Origin: an uncultured Acidobacteriota bacterium
Lineage (GTDB): Bacteria > Acidobacteriota > Blastocatellia > RBC074
Assembly (NCBI GenBank): GCA_963796275.1
Contig: CAWCKY010000007.1
Coordinates: 1,007,383-1,071,382, forward strand
Direction: 5' to 3'
DNA length: 64,000 nucleotides
Part shown: positions 41,227 to 54,400 of the stretch, one piece after another
Layout: every line of letters begins with the position of its first letter
Position numbering within the stretch: the stretch's first letter is position 1
The notes under the pieces: model-generated
What the model was told of the DNA's origin: nothing
Database searches by the model: none
Seen by the model: only the letters and a program-made list of their open reading frames with translations
Translations under genes and position numbers: made by a program

Positions 41227-41435
41227 AACTTCAGGCAGGTCTCCTGACTTAAGCCTCGACGTCGATAACGAACGACGTCTCTTTTCCTTGGAAGCCTTCC
41301 CACGCTCTTGCGCAGTGGCAGAAAGTAGGCAAGGAAAAGAATCGAAGGCTTTCACAGTGGCGGGACCGTGCGGGAGTTTCACCCGCTTCCCTATTCTCCT
41401 GCTACCTGAGAAAAGGCAACAGGCACCTGAAGCCA
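41227..41435 (-). promoter_or_regulatory. Cobalamin riboswitch, distal of the tandem pair; near-copy of the cobA riboswitch
   Basis: Same core as 36398-36615, with an identical TTCACAGTGGCGGGACCGTGCGGGAGTTTCACCCGCTTCCCTATTCTCC block on the + strand. Confidence 0.92.
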
Positions 41436-41859
41436 AAACTGTTCTATCAAGACGTCGCCTAATATACACCGAACTATGTGTGAAAGAAATACTGAGGTAA
41501 TAGGGGTGTCGAGCCGGATCGGGGCAAAGCCAGTTCACTATATCTCGACAATCACGGTTTTTTCCTCGCACGGCGACGCGGAGACGATATCAGAGGGAGA
41601 CTAATCGATCAGGGGCATCTGCTGTTCATCATTGAAGGGAAGATCAAGTTTCAGTTGGGAGATAGTTCCAAGTTCTTAGCGAAACGTGGAAAGTGATGCG
41701 TGATATTGCTCCTTGTAACCGCAATGCGAATGTGTGCAGTACCTGTGATCGAGCCTAACCCACGTTGGATCCGAGCCGCGCGGAGCTAGCCTCTCATAAA
41801 CTTTTCGTGGCGGGATCTGATGAGCTTCTGCCTGCGTAGGATATGCACTTATGGAAGCA

Positions 41860-42110
41860 GGAGAAGAATGGGCACGGCTCACCCGACGGAAAGCGGCTTG
41901 CGACCGGGAGCGCCGATAGCACAGCCAGGTTGTTAGACACTGTCACCCACCAGGAACTCCTCACATTCAAGAGTCATTCGAATAGTGTCTTATCAGTGGC
42001 CTTCTCGCCTGACGGGAAGAGGCTGGCGACCGGATGTCGCGATAGCACAGTCAGGTTGTGGGATGCAATCACCTGTCAGGAACTGCTCAATTTCAAAGGG
42101 CATTCAGCCT
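41860..42110 (+). pseudogene. WD40-repeat fragment (about 2 repeats)
   Basis: SPDGKRLATGSADSTARL, HSNSVLSVAFSPDGKRLATG.RDSTVRLWD. Confidence 0.75.
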
Positions 42111-42495
42111 TATCGCACAAACGACGCAGTGATCCTACACGAATATCTACCGTTTGTCGGTTTGTAATTGACTCTGTGAATGGCTGATTCAGTCAGGAGC
42201 ATACCCTGCCTCTGGTGAGAGAAAATACCCGATCGCCCGGCTGATCGCCTGGCAGCATTCGCACACGGCGACTTCGAGCTCTTCTCAACTCAGGATATGC
42301 CCGCGCACATAGTGAATCAGTCCTCTACTCTGAAGTGCGCCCTGCAGCCAGGCTGACAGCGGGAAACTCAGAGCATCTATCTCAGTTTGTCATGTGTGAG
42401 AATCATCGAGTCGGAAGATGCAGGAAGAGACGCGATCCTGCGCGTTCAGCAGCCAGCGTGCCAAGCGCTTTTAAACAATTTGCCCGTCTCCTTCC

Positions 42496-45400
42496 TTATT
42501 CAGCATTGACACAAATACGGCGACAGTCTTCCTCAATTGGCTCTGTCAATACATTGGATTGGAGAACTAAGCTAAACCAAGTAGCTAATGCCTGAATATA
42601 TGGCGGTCTGAGAGCGCTCATATGATTACCGGGACCATGCCAAAAGGAGAGATTAGGCGCCCAGCGCCTCCATCCTGCGACGCGCTGTCCGTGTTGATTC
42701 CAGTTGGTTTCTTCATCGAGTTTCGGATCATCCAGGAGCACCAACCGAACGAGCTCTGGGTAAACCTTATCGGGCTGGTAATGAGTGCGCAAGCAAGCAG
42801 CGAAGGTACGCAATGGACCACCTAGGATTTCAGGCTCTGAGCGCCGGGGCAGAAGGCCAATCGCCACTAGACGCTCATGAATAAGCTCCCCTTGTGCCGC
42901 GGCATCGCAAGACTCGAGATCGCTTGAGGTGATTTCGAGCTGGCATCCGGCAACCTGCTCGTAAATTTCGATCAACTTCATGACCACTTCGGTGCGATTG
43001 TATTCCCGGACGAAAGTGTCATCAGTATCCGGGGCCTCGCTATCAAGAATGGTAAGCGACGCAATAACGCGTCCGGCTGCGCGCATCCGTTGGGCCATCT
43101 CGAATACTACCCAACCACCAAAAGAATGCCCCAATAGATGCACCGGACCTTGGGGATGTATCTCGTTGACCGTTTGCAGATATAATTTTGCGGCAGCGGA
43201 AACAGTCGAATGAGGAACAAGCACGCCGTCCAATCCACGCGGTTGAAGTCCGTAAATCAGCTGTATCTTATCCAGAGAGTGAGCCAATTGTGCAAAGCTG
43301 GACACACTATCACCAGCGCCAGGCACACAGAAGAGTGCTGTATCACTGCGTCGCTCGGTATGAAGCGTTACAAGGGGTGAATAGCTTCGCTCTTTCAAAC
43401 TTTGACTTTCCTCGCTCGCATTGCGGATGGCGTCTGATAGAGCTCTACCAAGTAGTTCGATGTTTGGGGGTTTCACCATTGATTGGTGGGTTCCTGGCAC
43501 TGGTATCACGCGGATTTGCTCCGTGGGCAAAACCGCGTCCCAGTGCCGCAGAGGATTGGCAATCTCCTCGCACTGTGCAGTAAAGAGATAGATTGGAATT
43601 GGAATTGGTTGCGCAATATACTGCAAATTTGCCAGATAGAACATTCGCTCACGACTCAAATAGTGAGCGACCTCCTCGGTCGTAAACCCCATGATATGTC
43701 GAGGTAATATCGACATATCATGGCACTTTCTCACTAAGGTCCCGAAATCCACCTCTAGCTCTAAGCACTTCAGTTCCTCGATCCTCGATTGCAAGCTCTC
43801 ATTTGAGCCCGATTCGAGATAGAGCCTGTGGAAAAGCCAATTCTTATCGTCTAGTGCTTGCTCGGGCATGAAAGCATCAGCGCAATATCCATAGTTCGTA
43901 TCGAAGAGTCCAAGGAACTGAACTATCTGATCCTCGCCAATGAGTTGCGTGGCGATTTCATAGGCTAGTGTCCCCCCAAAAGACCAACCGGCAATAAAGT
44001 AAGGCCCAATTGGCTGGACGGCACGGATCATTCGCACCATGCGCGCCGCCATTCCCTCAATAGTACGAAACTGAGCTTCGGCCAGTGGCTTCGGTGGCAA
44101 CCCATAAATGGGGATATCTGCATCTATATAGGGCGTGAGCTTAAGTGCGTACAGCAGCAAACCAGCACCCTCATGAATCAAGAATAGAGGTGGGCTCCCA
44201 CTTCCTGCTCGTATAGGTATCGCCATGTAATCCCAGGTCCCGCCGTCTTGCTGCAAGATTTGCTGTGCAAGAGACTCAATCGTCGGATGCATTAACACAT
44301 CCGCTATAGAAATGCAGATACCTATGCGCTTGAGAGAACTTACCAATTGCAAGGTAAGCAACGAATGCCCCCCGAGTTCGAAGAAGTTGTCGTGCCGGCC
44401 GATCCTCTCCACCTTCAGCACCTCCGACCAGATGCCCGCCAGCACACTCTCCATCTCGCCTTTGGGCGCAACATATCCGCGCACGGCATAGGCATCTGCT
44501 TCCGGTGCCGGCAGGGCCTTGCGGTCCAGCTTCCCATTCGGCGTCAGCGGCAACGACTCCAGCCGCACATACGCTGCCGGCACCATATAGTCAGGCAGGT
44601 TTGCCGCCAGATACGTCCGCAAGACCTCCGCGCCTACTGTGTCTTCACCCATTTCCGCACCGGTGTAGTAGGCCACGAGCCGTTGATCCCCAGGACTCTC
44701 CTCCCTGGCTACCACCACCCCCTCTCGTATCCCCGGGTGCCTTTCCAACTGTGCCTCGATCTCTCCCAGTTCGATCCGGAACCCTCGCACCTTCACCTGG
44801 TAGTCGTTGCGGCCCGCGAACTCAATCGTTCCATCCGGCAGCCATCTTCCAAGATCGCCGGTCCTATACATCCGACCTCCGCCCTCTCCAGCGAAGGGAT
44901 CAGCCACGAATCTCTCCGCCGTCAACTCCGGCCGGTTCAGATAGCCCAGCGCTACTCCCGCTCCTCCGATGTACAGTTCTCCCATCACTCCTATCGGCGC
45001 CGGCTCTCCATCGACATTCAAAATATAGATCCGTGTGTTGGTGATCGGACGACCTATTGGAATACTCCGCTCATCTCTCCTTATCTCACTGATTTCGTAG
45101 GTGGTAGCGAAAGTCGTCGTTTCGGTCGGTCCATACCCGTTGATCAGGTGTTTCGGCGGATTGCTGAGCAACACCCGCGCAATCACCTTCGGATCGACCA
45201 CATCTCCTCCGATAATCATGTAACGCAGGTTGACAATATCTTCGCTCAATTCGTCCGCATACTGATTGAATAATCCAACGGTCAACCATAAAACATTGAC
45301 CCCTTGCCGCCTCAGCATTTCCCTGAACCGTCGGGGCTCAAGCAATACCGCCTGCTCGATAACCACGATGCGGCCCCCATTGAGCAACGGCGCCCACACC

Positions 45401-48400
45401 TCCAACGTCGTGGCATCAAACGCCGGATTGGCTGCGAAAGCCACCGCGTCCTCAGCATTGAATTGCGCATACCCGTTGTTGATTACCACTCGCGCCACCG
45501 CTCGATGCGGTATCACCACTCCCTTCGGCTGGCCCGTCGAACCAGATGTGTACATGATGTAGGCCATTGCCCCACTATCGAGCGGCTGGTCCAGATTTTC
45601 CGCCACACCATCAATCAGCCTCTCCTCATCCAGATTGACTCTCTCTGTAGCAGGCATCTCGACCAGCTCCATACTCTCCATTGTGAGCACGATCCTGGCT
45701 CCGCTATCTCCGACAATGAATCGAATCCGCTCGCGGGGGAAGCTCGGATCGATCGGCACATAGGCAGCACCACACTTGAGAATGGCAAGTTCAGCGACCA
45801 CCAGCTCAATCGAGCGCTCCAGTAGAATCACCGCTCGGCCCCCCGGTCCTAGACCTCTCTCTCTCAGGTGGTGTGCTAGACAGTTGGCTCGGGCATTGAG
45901 CTCTCCATAACTCAGATGATTCCCTTCACAGACCACCGCCACTGCCTGCGGCGTCCTCTCCGCCTGTCTCTCAAACAGCTCGTGGATGCACTCTTCGCTC
46001 GGATACTCTGCTTCCGTCCGGTTCCATTCCTCCACCACCTGTCGCCGTTCACATTCCGACAACAACGGCAACCGGCCGATCATCTCTGTCTCGTCGGCCA
46101 CCATCCCTCTCAGCAGCGCGCGCCAATACCCCAGATAGCGTTCCACCGTGGAGCTTTCGAACAGCGAAGTGGCGTACTCAAGTCCACCAATGACCGTCTC
46201 TTCAGCTTCCTGCAGCACCAGCGTCAGATCAAATCTTGTAGTAACGTGAGGACTGGTACCCAGAGGAGCAACTTCCAGTCCGGGCAGTTTGAAGACATCT
46301 TTGGAGGCGCTCTGCCAGGCGAACATCGCCTGGAACAGTGGACTGTGAGCTAGACTGCGCACCGGCCCTACCATCTCCACTACCTGCTCAAATGGAATGT
46401 CTTGATGTTGTTGCGCCGCTACAACCTGCGCCTTTACCCTCTCCAGTACCTCACCCACACTGCGTGTACCCAAGACATCCAGCCGCAGCGCCAGCGTGTT
46501 GACGAAGAATCCAATCAGTCCTTCGATCTCTGTCCGCCCTCGATTGGCCACCGGAGTGCCGATCACCACCTCCTCCTGACCAGCCAGCCGCCCCAGCAAC
46601 GCCCCCCACCCCGCCAGCAGGGTCATAAACAGGGTCGTGCCATGGCGTTGGCTGAGGGCTTTTAGCCCCTCCGTCAATTCCGGCTCCAACTCGACTTTGA
46701 TCAAGGATCCGGCGTAGTCCTGCTCGGCAGGACGTTCCTGATCTGGCGCCAACTCCAGCAATGCCGGGGCTCCCTCCAGAGTTTCTCTCCAGTAATCGGC
46801 TTGCCGTTTCAGAATGTCCCCGCCCATCCAGCCCCGCTGCCACACGGCGTAATCGGCGTACTGCACCCTCAAGCTCGGTAAGGGATCAGCTTCTCCGTTC
46901 CGATATGCATCGTAGAGCACCCCCAATTCCCCCATCAACACACCTATCGACCATCCATCCGAAACGATGTGGTGCATGGTGATCAGTAGTGTGTATACAT
47001 CTTCCTCCTGCCGGATGAGTCGCCCCCGGATCAGCGGGCCCTGTTCCAGATCGAAAGTGGCCAGCGCTTCCTGACCAATCAAATGGCAGATTTCACCCTC
47101 AGCATCGGCCTTGTGCCGCAAGTCGTGTTCGAGCAGATGAAAGCGGCTCTCCTCCTCGGTGGCGATTCGCTGCACGGGTTGCCCATCGATTTGGCCGAAG
47201 GTGGTGCGTAAGATTTCGTGTCGGGCCACGATCCGATCCAGCGCCTTGCGGAGGGCGGTGCGATCAAGGTCTCCCACCAGTCGCAGGCCAATTGGAATGT
47301 GATAGGCTTTGCTGGCTCTTCCCAGTTGGGATATAAACCACAGGCGCTGTTGAGCGAATGAGAGGGCAAGCCGTTCCGGACCTTCGACAGGCGTGATCGA
47401 GGGCAGTTCAGTGTGTGCAGCGATCTCAAGGCCACTGGCGAAATCGGAGAGCACCGGATGGGCGAATAGGTCACCAAATGGGACTTCCACACTCAATGCA
47501 TCCCGCAGGCGTGAGATGACCTGCATCGCCAGCAGCGAATGGCCCCCCAGTTCAAAGAAGTTGTCGTGCCGGCCGATCCTCTCCACCTTCAACACCTCCG
47601 ACCATATATCCGCCAGCGCTCGCTCGACTTCTCCCACTGGTTGTTCATAGCTTCGCGTTGCGTAGGCGCCGGATTCTGGCGCCGGCAGTGCCCTGCGGTC
47701 CAGCTTCCCATTCGGCGTCAGCGGCAACGACTCCAGTCGCACATACGCTGCCGGCACCATATGCTCAGGCAGGCTCGCCGCCAAATACGTCCGCAAGACC
47801 TCCGCGCCTACTGTGTCTTCACCCATCTCCGCACCGGTGTAGTAGGCCACTAGCCGTTGATCCCCAGGACTCTCCTCCCTGGCTACCACCACCCCCTCTC
47901 GTATCCCCGGGTGCTTTTCCAACTGTGCCTCGATCTCTCCCAGTTCGATCCGGAACCCTCGCACCTTCACCTGGTAGTCGTTGCGGCCCGCGAACTCAAT
48001 CGTTCCATCCGGTAGCCATCTTCCAAGATCGCCAGTCCTATACATCCGACCTCCGCCCTCTCCAGCGAAGGGATCAGCCACGAATCTCTCCGCCGTCAAC
48101 TCCGGCCGGTTCCGATAACCGCGCCCAACCTGCACTCCGCCAATATGGATTTCGCCAGCCACACCAACGGGTGCTGGTCGTCCTGCTTCGTCGAGAATGT
48201 ATATCCGGGTGTTGGCGATCGGGCTTCCGATTGACACACTCACCTTTGACAACTCTGTGCGATACACCCCGGCGGTCACATCCACCGCTGCTTCCGTCGG
48301 TCCGTACAGGTTGTGAAGCCCTGCCCTCATTAACCGCTCTTGGAATCTTCGGGCGAGAGTGGCCTGTAGAGTCTCTCCACTGCAAATCACTCGCTCCAGG

Positions 48401-51400
48401 CTGGAGCACTTCCCGACCTCAAGAGGCTCAAGGAAGGCCTGCAGCATCGAGGGAACGAAATGGATAGTGCTGATTTTCTCTCGCTGGATGGTCTCGATAA
48501 GATAGGCTGGATCCTTCTGTCCTCCCGGTCGCGCCATCACCAGTCTGGCGCCGACCTGTAACGGCCAGAAGAATTCCCACACCGATACATCAAAGCTGAA
48601 CGGCGTCTTCTGCAACACCGAGTCCTGCTGATCGAGCCCATATGCGCGTTGCATCCAGGCAAGTCGATTGACCACACCACGATGCTCGTTCATTGCCCCC
48701 TTTGGCATCCCGGTGGAGCCTGAGGTATAGATCACATAGGCCAGATGCTCCGGCCTGAGTCCCACACTCCTGCGTTCAGGGTTGACTTCAGGCCTGTCTG
48801 CCCACTCGGGAGTCTCCGCCCCCAGCTTAATCACCTCCAGCTCAGTTCTTACTCCGGCAAACATTCCGGCTAGACTTTCCTCTGTCAGGAGGGTCGTCGG
48901 CGTGCTGTCCTCCAACATATACCTCAATCGCTCTGGCGGATAGGTCGGATCCAGCGGCACGTATGCTCCTCCTGCTTTCAAGATCGCCAGCAGTCCCACC
49001 ATCATCTCCAGCCCTCGCTCCGCGCAGATCGCCACACGGGCATCGGGTCTCACTCCCCTCTCCCTCAGGTAATGCGCCATCCGATTGGCTCGTTTATTCA
49101 ACTCTTGGTATGTAAGGCAATCATCTTCATAGACTACCGCCACTGCCTGCGGCGTCCTCTCCGCCTGTCTCTCAAACAGCTCGTGGATGCACTCTTCGCT
49201 CGGATACTCCGCTTCCGTCCGGTTCCATTCCTCCACCACCTGTCGTCGCTCCCACTCCGGCAGCACATCGATGCTTCTTATCGCCTTGCCGGGCTCTCTT
49301 TCCAGCGCTTCCACTAATCCCTCCACCGCTCTCTGCATAAAACCGCAGATCCGTCTCGGATCGATCGGAGCCTCCACCTGTGCCGTCAATACGAACTCTT
49401 CCCCCAGATCGTCTACCGACAAGGTCAGCGGATAGTTCGTCCGCTCTTCCCCGCGCAGCACCTCTATCCCTTCCCACACCCTCTCTTCCTCGACCGATCG
49501 AGTTTGCGCCAAATTCTGACTATGGCGGTAATTCAGCAGCGCCGTGAACAACGGCGCCGGAGCCGCCACTCCGCTGCATCGCTGCGCCAGGGCCAGCGAG
49601 GCGTGCTCATGCCGCATCAGCTCTCCCAGCTGCCCGTGCGTTCTCCTTACACTCTCCTCCGCTCCCTCCTCCCCCACACCGATCCTCACCGGCAGCGTGT
49701 TGATCAACAGTCCCATCACTCGATCTGCCCCTTCTCCTCCCTGCATCCTCCCAAACAGCACCGTCCCGAAGACCACATCCTCTCGCCCAGAGACTCGTCC
49801 CAGCACCTGTGCCCACGCCACGTGAAACACACTCGCAGCGCTCACTCCAAGCTTGCGTGCACGTTCTCTCACTCGCTGCGACAATCCCTCCTCCAACTCC
49901 AGCCTCGCCTCCTCGATCCCGCGCCCCTCTCCTCTCACCTCCAGCAGTCCGAACGGCGCCGTCGCCTCCTCGACCTCTCCCAGCAAGCGCCGGAAGTAGA
50001 CCTCGTGCTCTTCACGACTCACTCCCATCCGCGCCTGCCCCACAAAGTTGCGGAACGGCTGCGGCGCCGCCAGTCGATCGTTCTCTCCCTGCAGATGCGC
50101 TCGAATCTCCTCCTGCATCACCTCCACCGTGGTGTGATCTCCGGCCAGGTGATGCAGCAACAACAGCATCAACCATCGCCCTCTCGCCTCATCCCGCGCC
50201 AGGTACACTCGCATCAACGGCGCACGGCTCACCTCGATCCTCGTCTGTCGCGGATCGTAGCTTCGGTACAACTGTTCGGCCGGATCGCCCTTCGCCTCCT
50301 CCAGCCTCACCTCCTCCACAGGCAGACTCGCCTTCCGCCAGACCACCTGCACCGGCTCGCTCAGCCCTTCCCAGACCACCGCTGTGCGCAGAATGTCGTG
50401 CCGATCCACCACCGCCTGCAACGCGCTCACATACCTATCCAGCCTCTCCCGGCTATCGAAGCTATAGAGACACGACAGTAGGTAGGTATCTCCCTCGGAG
50501 GCCATAAGGTGATGAAAGAGAATCCCTTCCTGCAACGGCGTCAGCGGATAGATGTCCTGCACATTGGCTGCTCCTCCAGACACCACTCTCACGATCCTCT
50601 CGATCTCCGCCATCGACAGGTCGACCAGCGGCAGCATCTCGGGCCTGATCTCCCCGCAATCGAGCGGGATGCCATTTGGCGGCACCTCCACCCTTCCGGC
50701 GTCCCAGCTCACAACCTCGGCTAGCCCGGCCGGCGTCGGGCTGTTGAACAGCGCACGCACGTCAGCCTGCAGTCCTCTCCGCCGCATGCGCTCGATCAGT
50801 GTCACTGCCAGCAGCGAATGGCCCCCCAGCTCAAAGAAGTTGTCGTGCCGGCCGATCCTCTCCACCTTCAACACCTCCGACCAGATATCCGCCAGCGCTC
50901 GCTCGACTTCTCCCACTGGTTGTTCATAGCTTCGCGTTGCGTAGGCGCCGGATTCTGGCGCCGGCAGTGCCCTGCGGTCCAGCTTCCCATTCGGCGTCAG
51001 CGGCAACGACTCCAGTCGCACATACGCTGCCGGCACCATATGCTCAGGCAGGCTCGCCGCCAGATACGTCCGCAAGACCTCCGCGCCTACTGTGTCTTCA
51101 CCCATCTGCGCACCGGTGTAGTAGGCCACTAGCCGTTGATCCCCAGGACTCTCCTCCCTGGCTACCACCACCCCCTCTCGTATCCCCGGGTGCTTTTCCA
51201 ACTGTGCCTCGATCTCTCCCAGTTCGATCCGGAACCCTCGCACCTTCACCTGGTAGTCGTTGCGGCCCGCGAACTCAATCGTTCCATCCGGTAGCCATCT
51301 TCCAAGATCGCCAGTTCTATACATCCGACCTCCGCCCTCTCCAGCGAAGGGATCAGCCACGAACCTCTCCGCCGTCAACTCCGGCCGGTTCCGATAACCG

Positions 51401-54400
51401 CGCCCAACCTGCACTCCGCCAATATGGATTTCGCCAGCCACACCAACGGGTGCTGGTCGTCCTGCTTCGTCGAGAATGTATATCCAGGTGTTGGCGATCG
51501 GGCTTCCGATTGACACACTCACCTTTGACAACTCCGTGCGATACACCCCGGCGGTCACATCCACCGCTGCTTCCGTCGGTCCGTACAGGTTGTGAAGTCC
51601 TGCCCTCATTAACCGCTCTTGGAATCTTCGGGCGAGAGTGGCCTGTAGAGTCTCTCCACTGCAAATCACTCGCTCCAGGCTGGAGCACTTCCCGACCTCA
51701 AGAGGCTCAAGGAAGGCCTGCAGCATCGAGGGAACGAAATGGATAGTGCTGATTTTCTCTCGCTGGATGGTCTCGATAAGATAGGCTGGATCCTTCTGTC
51801 CTCCCGGTCGCGCCATCACCAGTCTGGCGCCGACCTGTAACGGCCAGAAGAATTCCCACACCGATACATCAAAGCTGAACGGCGTCTTCTGCAACACCGA
51901 GTCCTGCTGATCGAGCCCATATGCGCGTTGCATCCAGGCAAGTCGATTGACCACACCACGATGCTCGTTCATTGCCCCCTTTGGCATCCCGGTGGAGCCT
52001 GAGGTATAGATCACATAGGCCAGATGCTCCGGCCTGAGTCCCACACTCCTGCGTTCAGGGTTGACTTCAGGCCTGTCTGCCCACTCGGGAGTCTCCGCCC
52101 CCAGCTTAATCACCTCCAGCTCAGTTCTTACTCCGGCAAACATTCCGGCTAGACTTTCCTCTGTCAGGAGGGTCGTCGGCGTGCTGTCCTCCAACATATA
52201 CCTCAATCGCTCTGGCGGATAGGTCGGATCCAGCGGCACGTATGCTCCTCCTGCTTTCAAGATCGCCAGCAGTCCCACCATCATCTCCAGCCCTCGCTCC
52301 GCGCAGATCGCCACACGGGCATCGGGTCTCACTCCCCTCTCCCTCAGGTAATGCGCCATCCGATTGGCTCGTTTATTCAACTCTTGGTATGTAAGGCAAT
52401 CATCTTCATAGACTACCGCCACTGCCTGCGGCGTCCTCTCCGCCTGTCTCTCAAACAGCTCGTGGATGCACTCTTCGCTCGGATACTCCGCTTCCGTCCG
52501 GTTCCATTCCTCCACCACCTGTCGTCGCTCCCACTCCGGCAACACATCGATGCTTCTTATCGCCTTGCCGGGCTCTCTTTCCAGCGCTTCCACTAATCCC
52601 TCCACCGCTCTCTGCATAAAACCGCAGACCCGCCTCGGATCGATCGATGCCTCCACCTGTGCAGTCAGCACGAACCCTTCTCCCAGATCGTCCACCGACA
52701 ACGCCAGCGGATAGTTCGTCCTCTCTTCCCCGCGCAGCACCTCTATCCCTTCCCACGCACTCTCTTCCTCAACCGATCGAGTTTGCACCAAATTCTGACT
52801 ATGGCGGTAATTCAGTAGTGCCGTGAACAACGGCGCCGGAGCCGCCACTCCGCTGCCTCGCTGCGCCAGGGCCAGCGAGGCGTGCTCATGCCGCATCAGC
52901 TCTCCCAGCTGCCCGTGCGTCCTCCTTACACTCTCCTCCGCTCCCTCCTCCCCCATACCGATCCTCACCGGCAGCGTGTTGATCAACAGTCCCATCACTC
53001 GATCCGCCCCTTCTCCTCCCTGCATCCTCCCAAACAGCACCGTCCCGAAGACCACATCCTCTCGCCCAGAGGCTCGCCCCAGCACCTGTGCCCACGCCAC
53101 GTGAAACACACTCGCAGCGCTCACTCCAAGCTTGCGTGCACGTTCTCTCACTCGCTGCGACAATCCCTCCTCCAACTCCAGCCTCGCCTCCTCGATCCCG
53201 CGCCCCTCTCCTCTCACCTCCAGCAGTCCGAACGGCGCCGTCGCCTCCTCGACCTCTCCCAGCAAGCGCCGGAAGTAGACCTCGTGCTCTTCACGACTCA
53301 CTCCCATCCGCGCCTGCCCCACAAAGTTGCGGAACGGCTGCGGCGCCGCCAGTCGATCGCTCTCTCCCTGCAGATGCGCTCGAATCTCCTCCTGCATCAC
53401 CTCCACCGTGGTGTGATCTCCGGCCAGGTGATGCAGCAACAACAGCATCAACCATCGCCCTCTCGCCTCATCCCGCGCCAGGTACACTCGCATCAACGGC
53501 GCACGGCTCACCTCGATCCTCGTCTGTCGCGGATCGTAGCTTCGGTACAACTGTTCGGCCGGATCGCCCTTCGCCTCCTCCAGCCTCACCTCCTCCACAG
53601 GCAGACTCGCCTTCCGCCAGACCACCTGCACCGGCTCGCTCAGCCCTTCCCAGACCACCGCTGTGCGCAGAATGTCGTGCCGATCCACCACCGCCTGCAA
53701 CGCGCTCACATACCTATCCAGCCTCTCCCGGCTATCAAAGCTATAGAGACACGACAGTAGGTAGGTATCTCCCTCGGAGGCCATAAGGTGATGAAAGAGA
53801 ATCCCTTCCTGCAACGGCGTCAGCGGATAGATGTCCTGCACATTGGCTGCTCCTCCAGACACCACTCTCACGATCCTCTCGATCTCCGCCATCGACAGGT
53901 CGACCAGCGGCAGCATCTCGGGCCTGATCTCCCCGCAATCGAGCGGGATGCCATTTGGCGGCACCTCCACCCTTCCGGCGTCCCAGCTCACAACCTCGGC
54001 TAGCCCGGCCGGCGTCGGGCTGTTGAACAGCGCACGCACGTCAGCCTGCAGTCCTCTCCGCCGCATGCGCTCGATCAGCGTCACTGCCAGCAGCGAATGG
54101 CCCCCCAGCTCAAAGAAGTTGTCGTGCCGGCCGATCCTCTCCACCTTCAACACCTCCGACCATATCTCCGCCAGCACACTCTCCACCTCACTCTCGGGCG
54201 CGACATATCCGCGCACAGCATAGGCATCTGCTTCCGGTGCCGGCAGGGCCTTGCGGTCCAGCTTCCCATTCGGCGTCAGCGGCAACGACTCCAGTCGCAC
54301 ATACGCTGCCGGCACCATATGCTCAGGCAGGCTCGCCGCCAGATACATCCGCAAGACCTCCGCGCCTACTGTGTCTTCACCCATTTCCGCACCGGTGTAG

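Noticed and set aside
40990-41571. 193-aa ORF upstream of the TonB receptor
   Set aside because: It overlaps the distal cobalamin riboswitch and has no protein features
42185-42320. TGATTCA...TGAATCA inverted pair as a MITE
   Set aside because: The match is only 7 bp, with no target duplication or second copy visible
36715-47000. NRPS product as the metallophore for the adjacent TonB receptor
   Set aside because: The visible modules (Val/Ile/Ser) have no chelating residues or tailoring genes, and WD40 debris separates the loci. Only adjacency supports the link.
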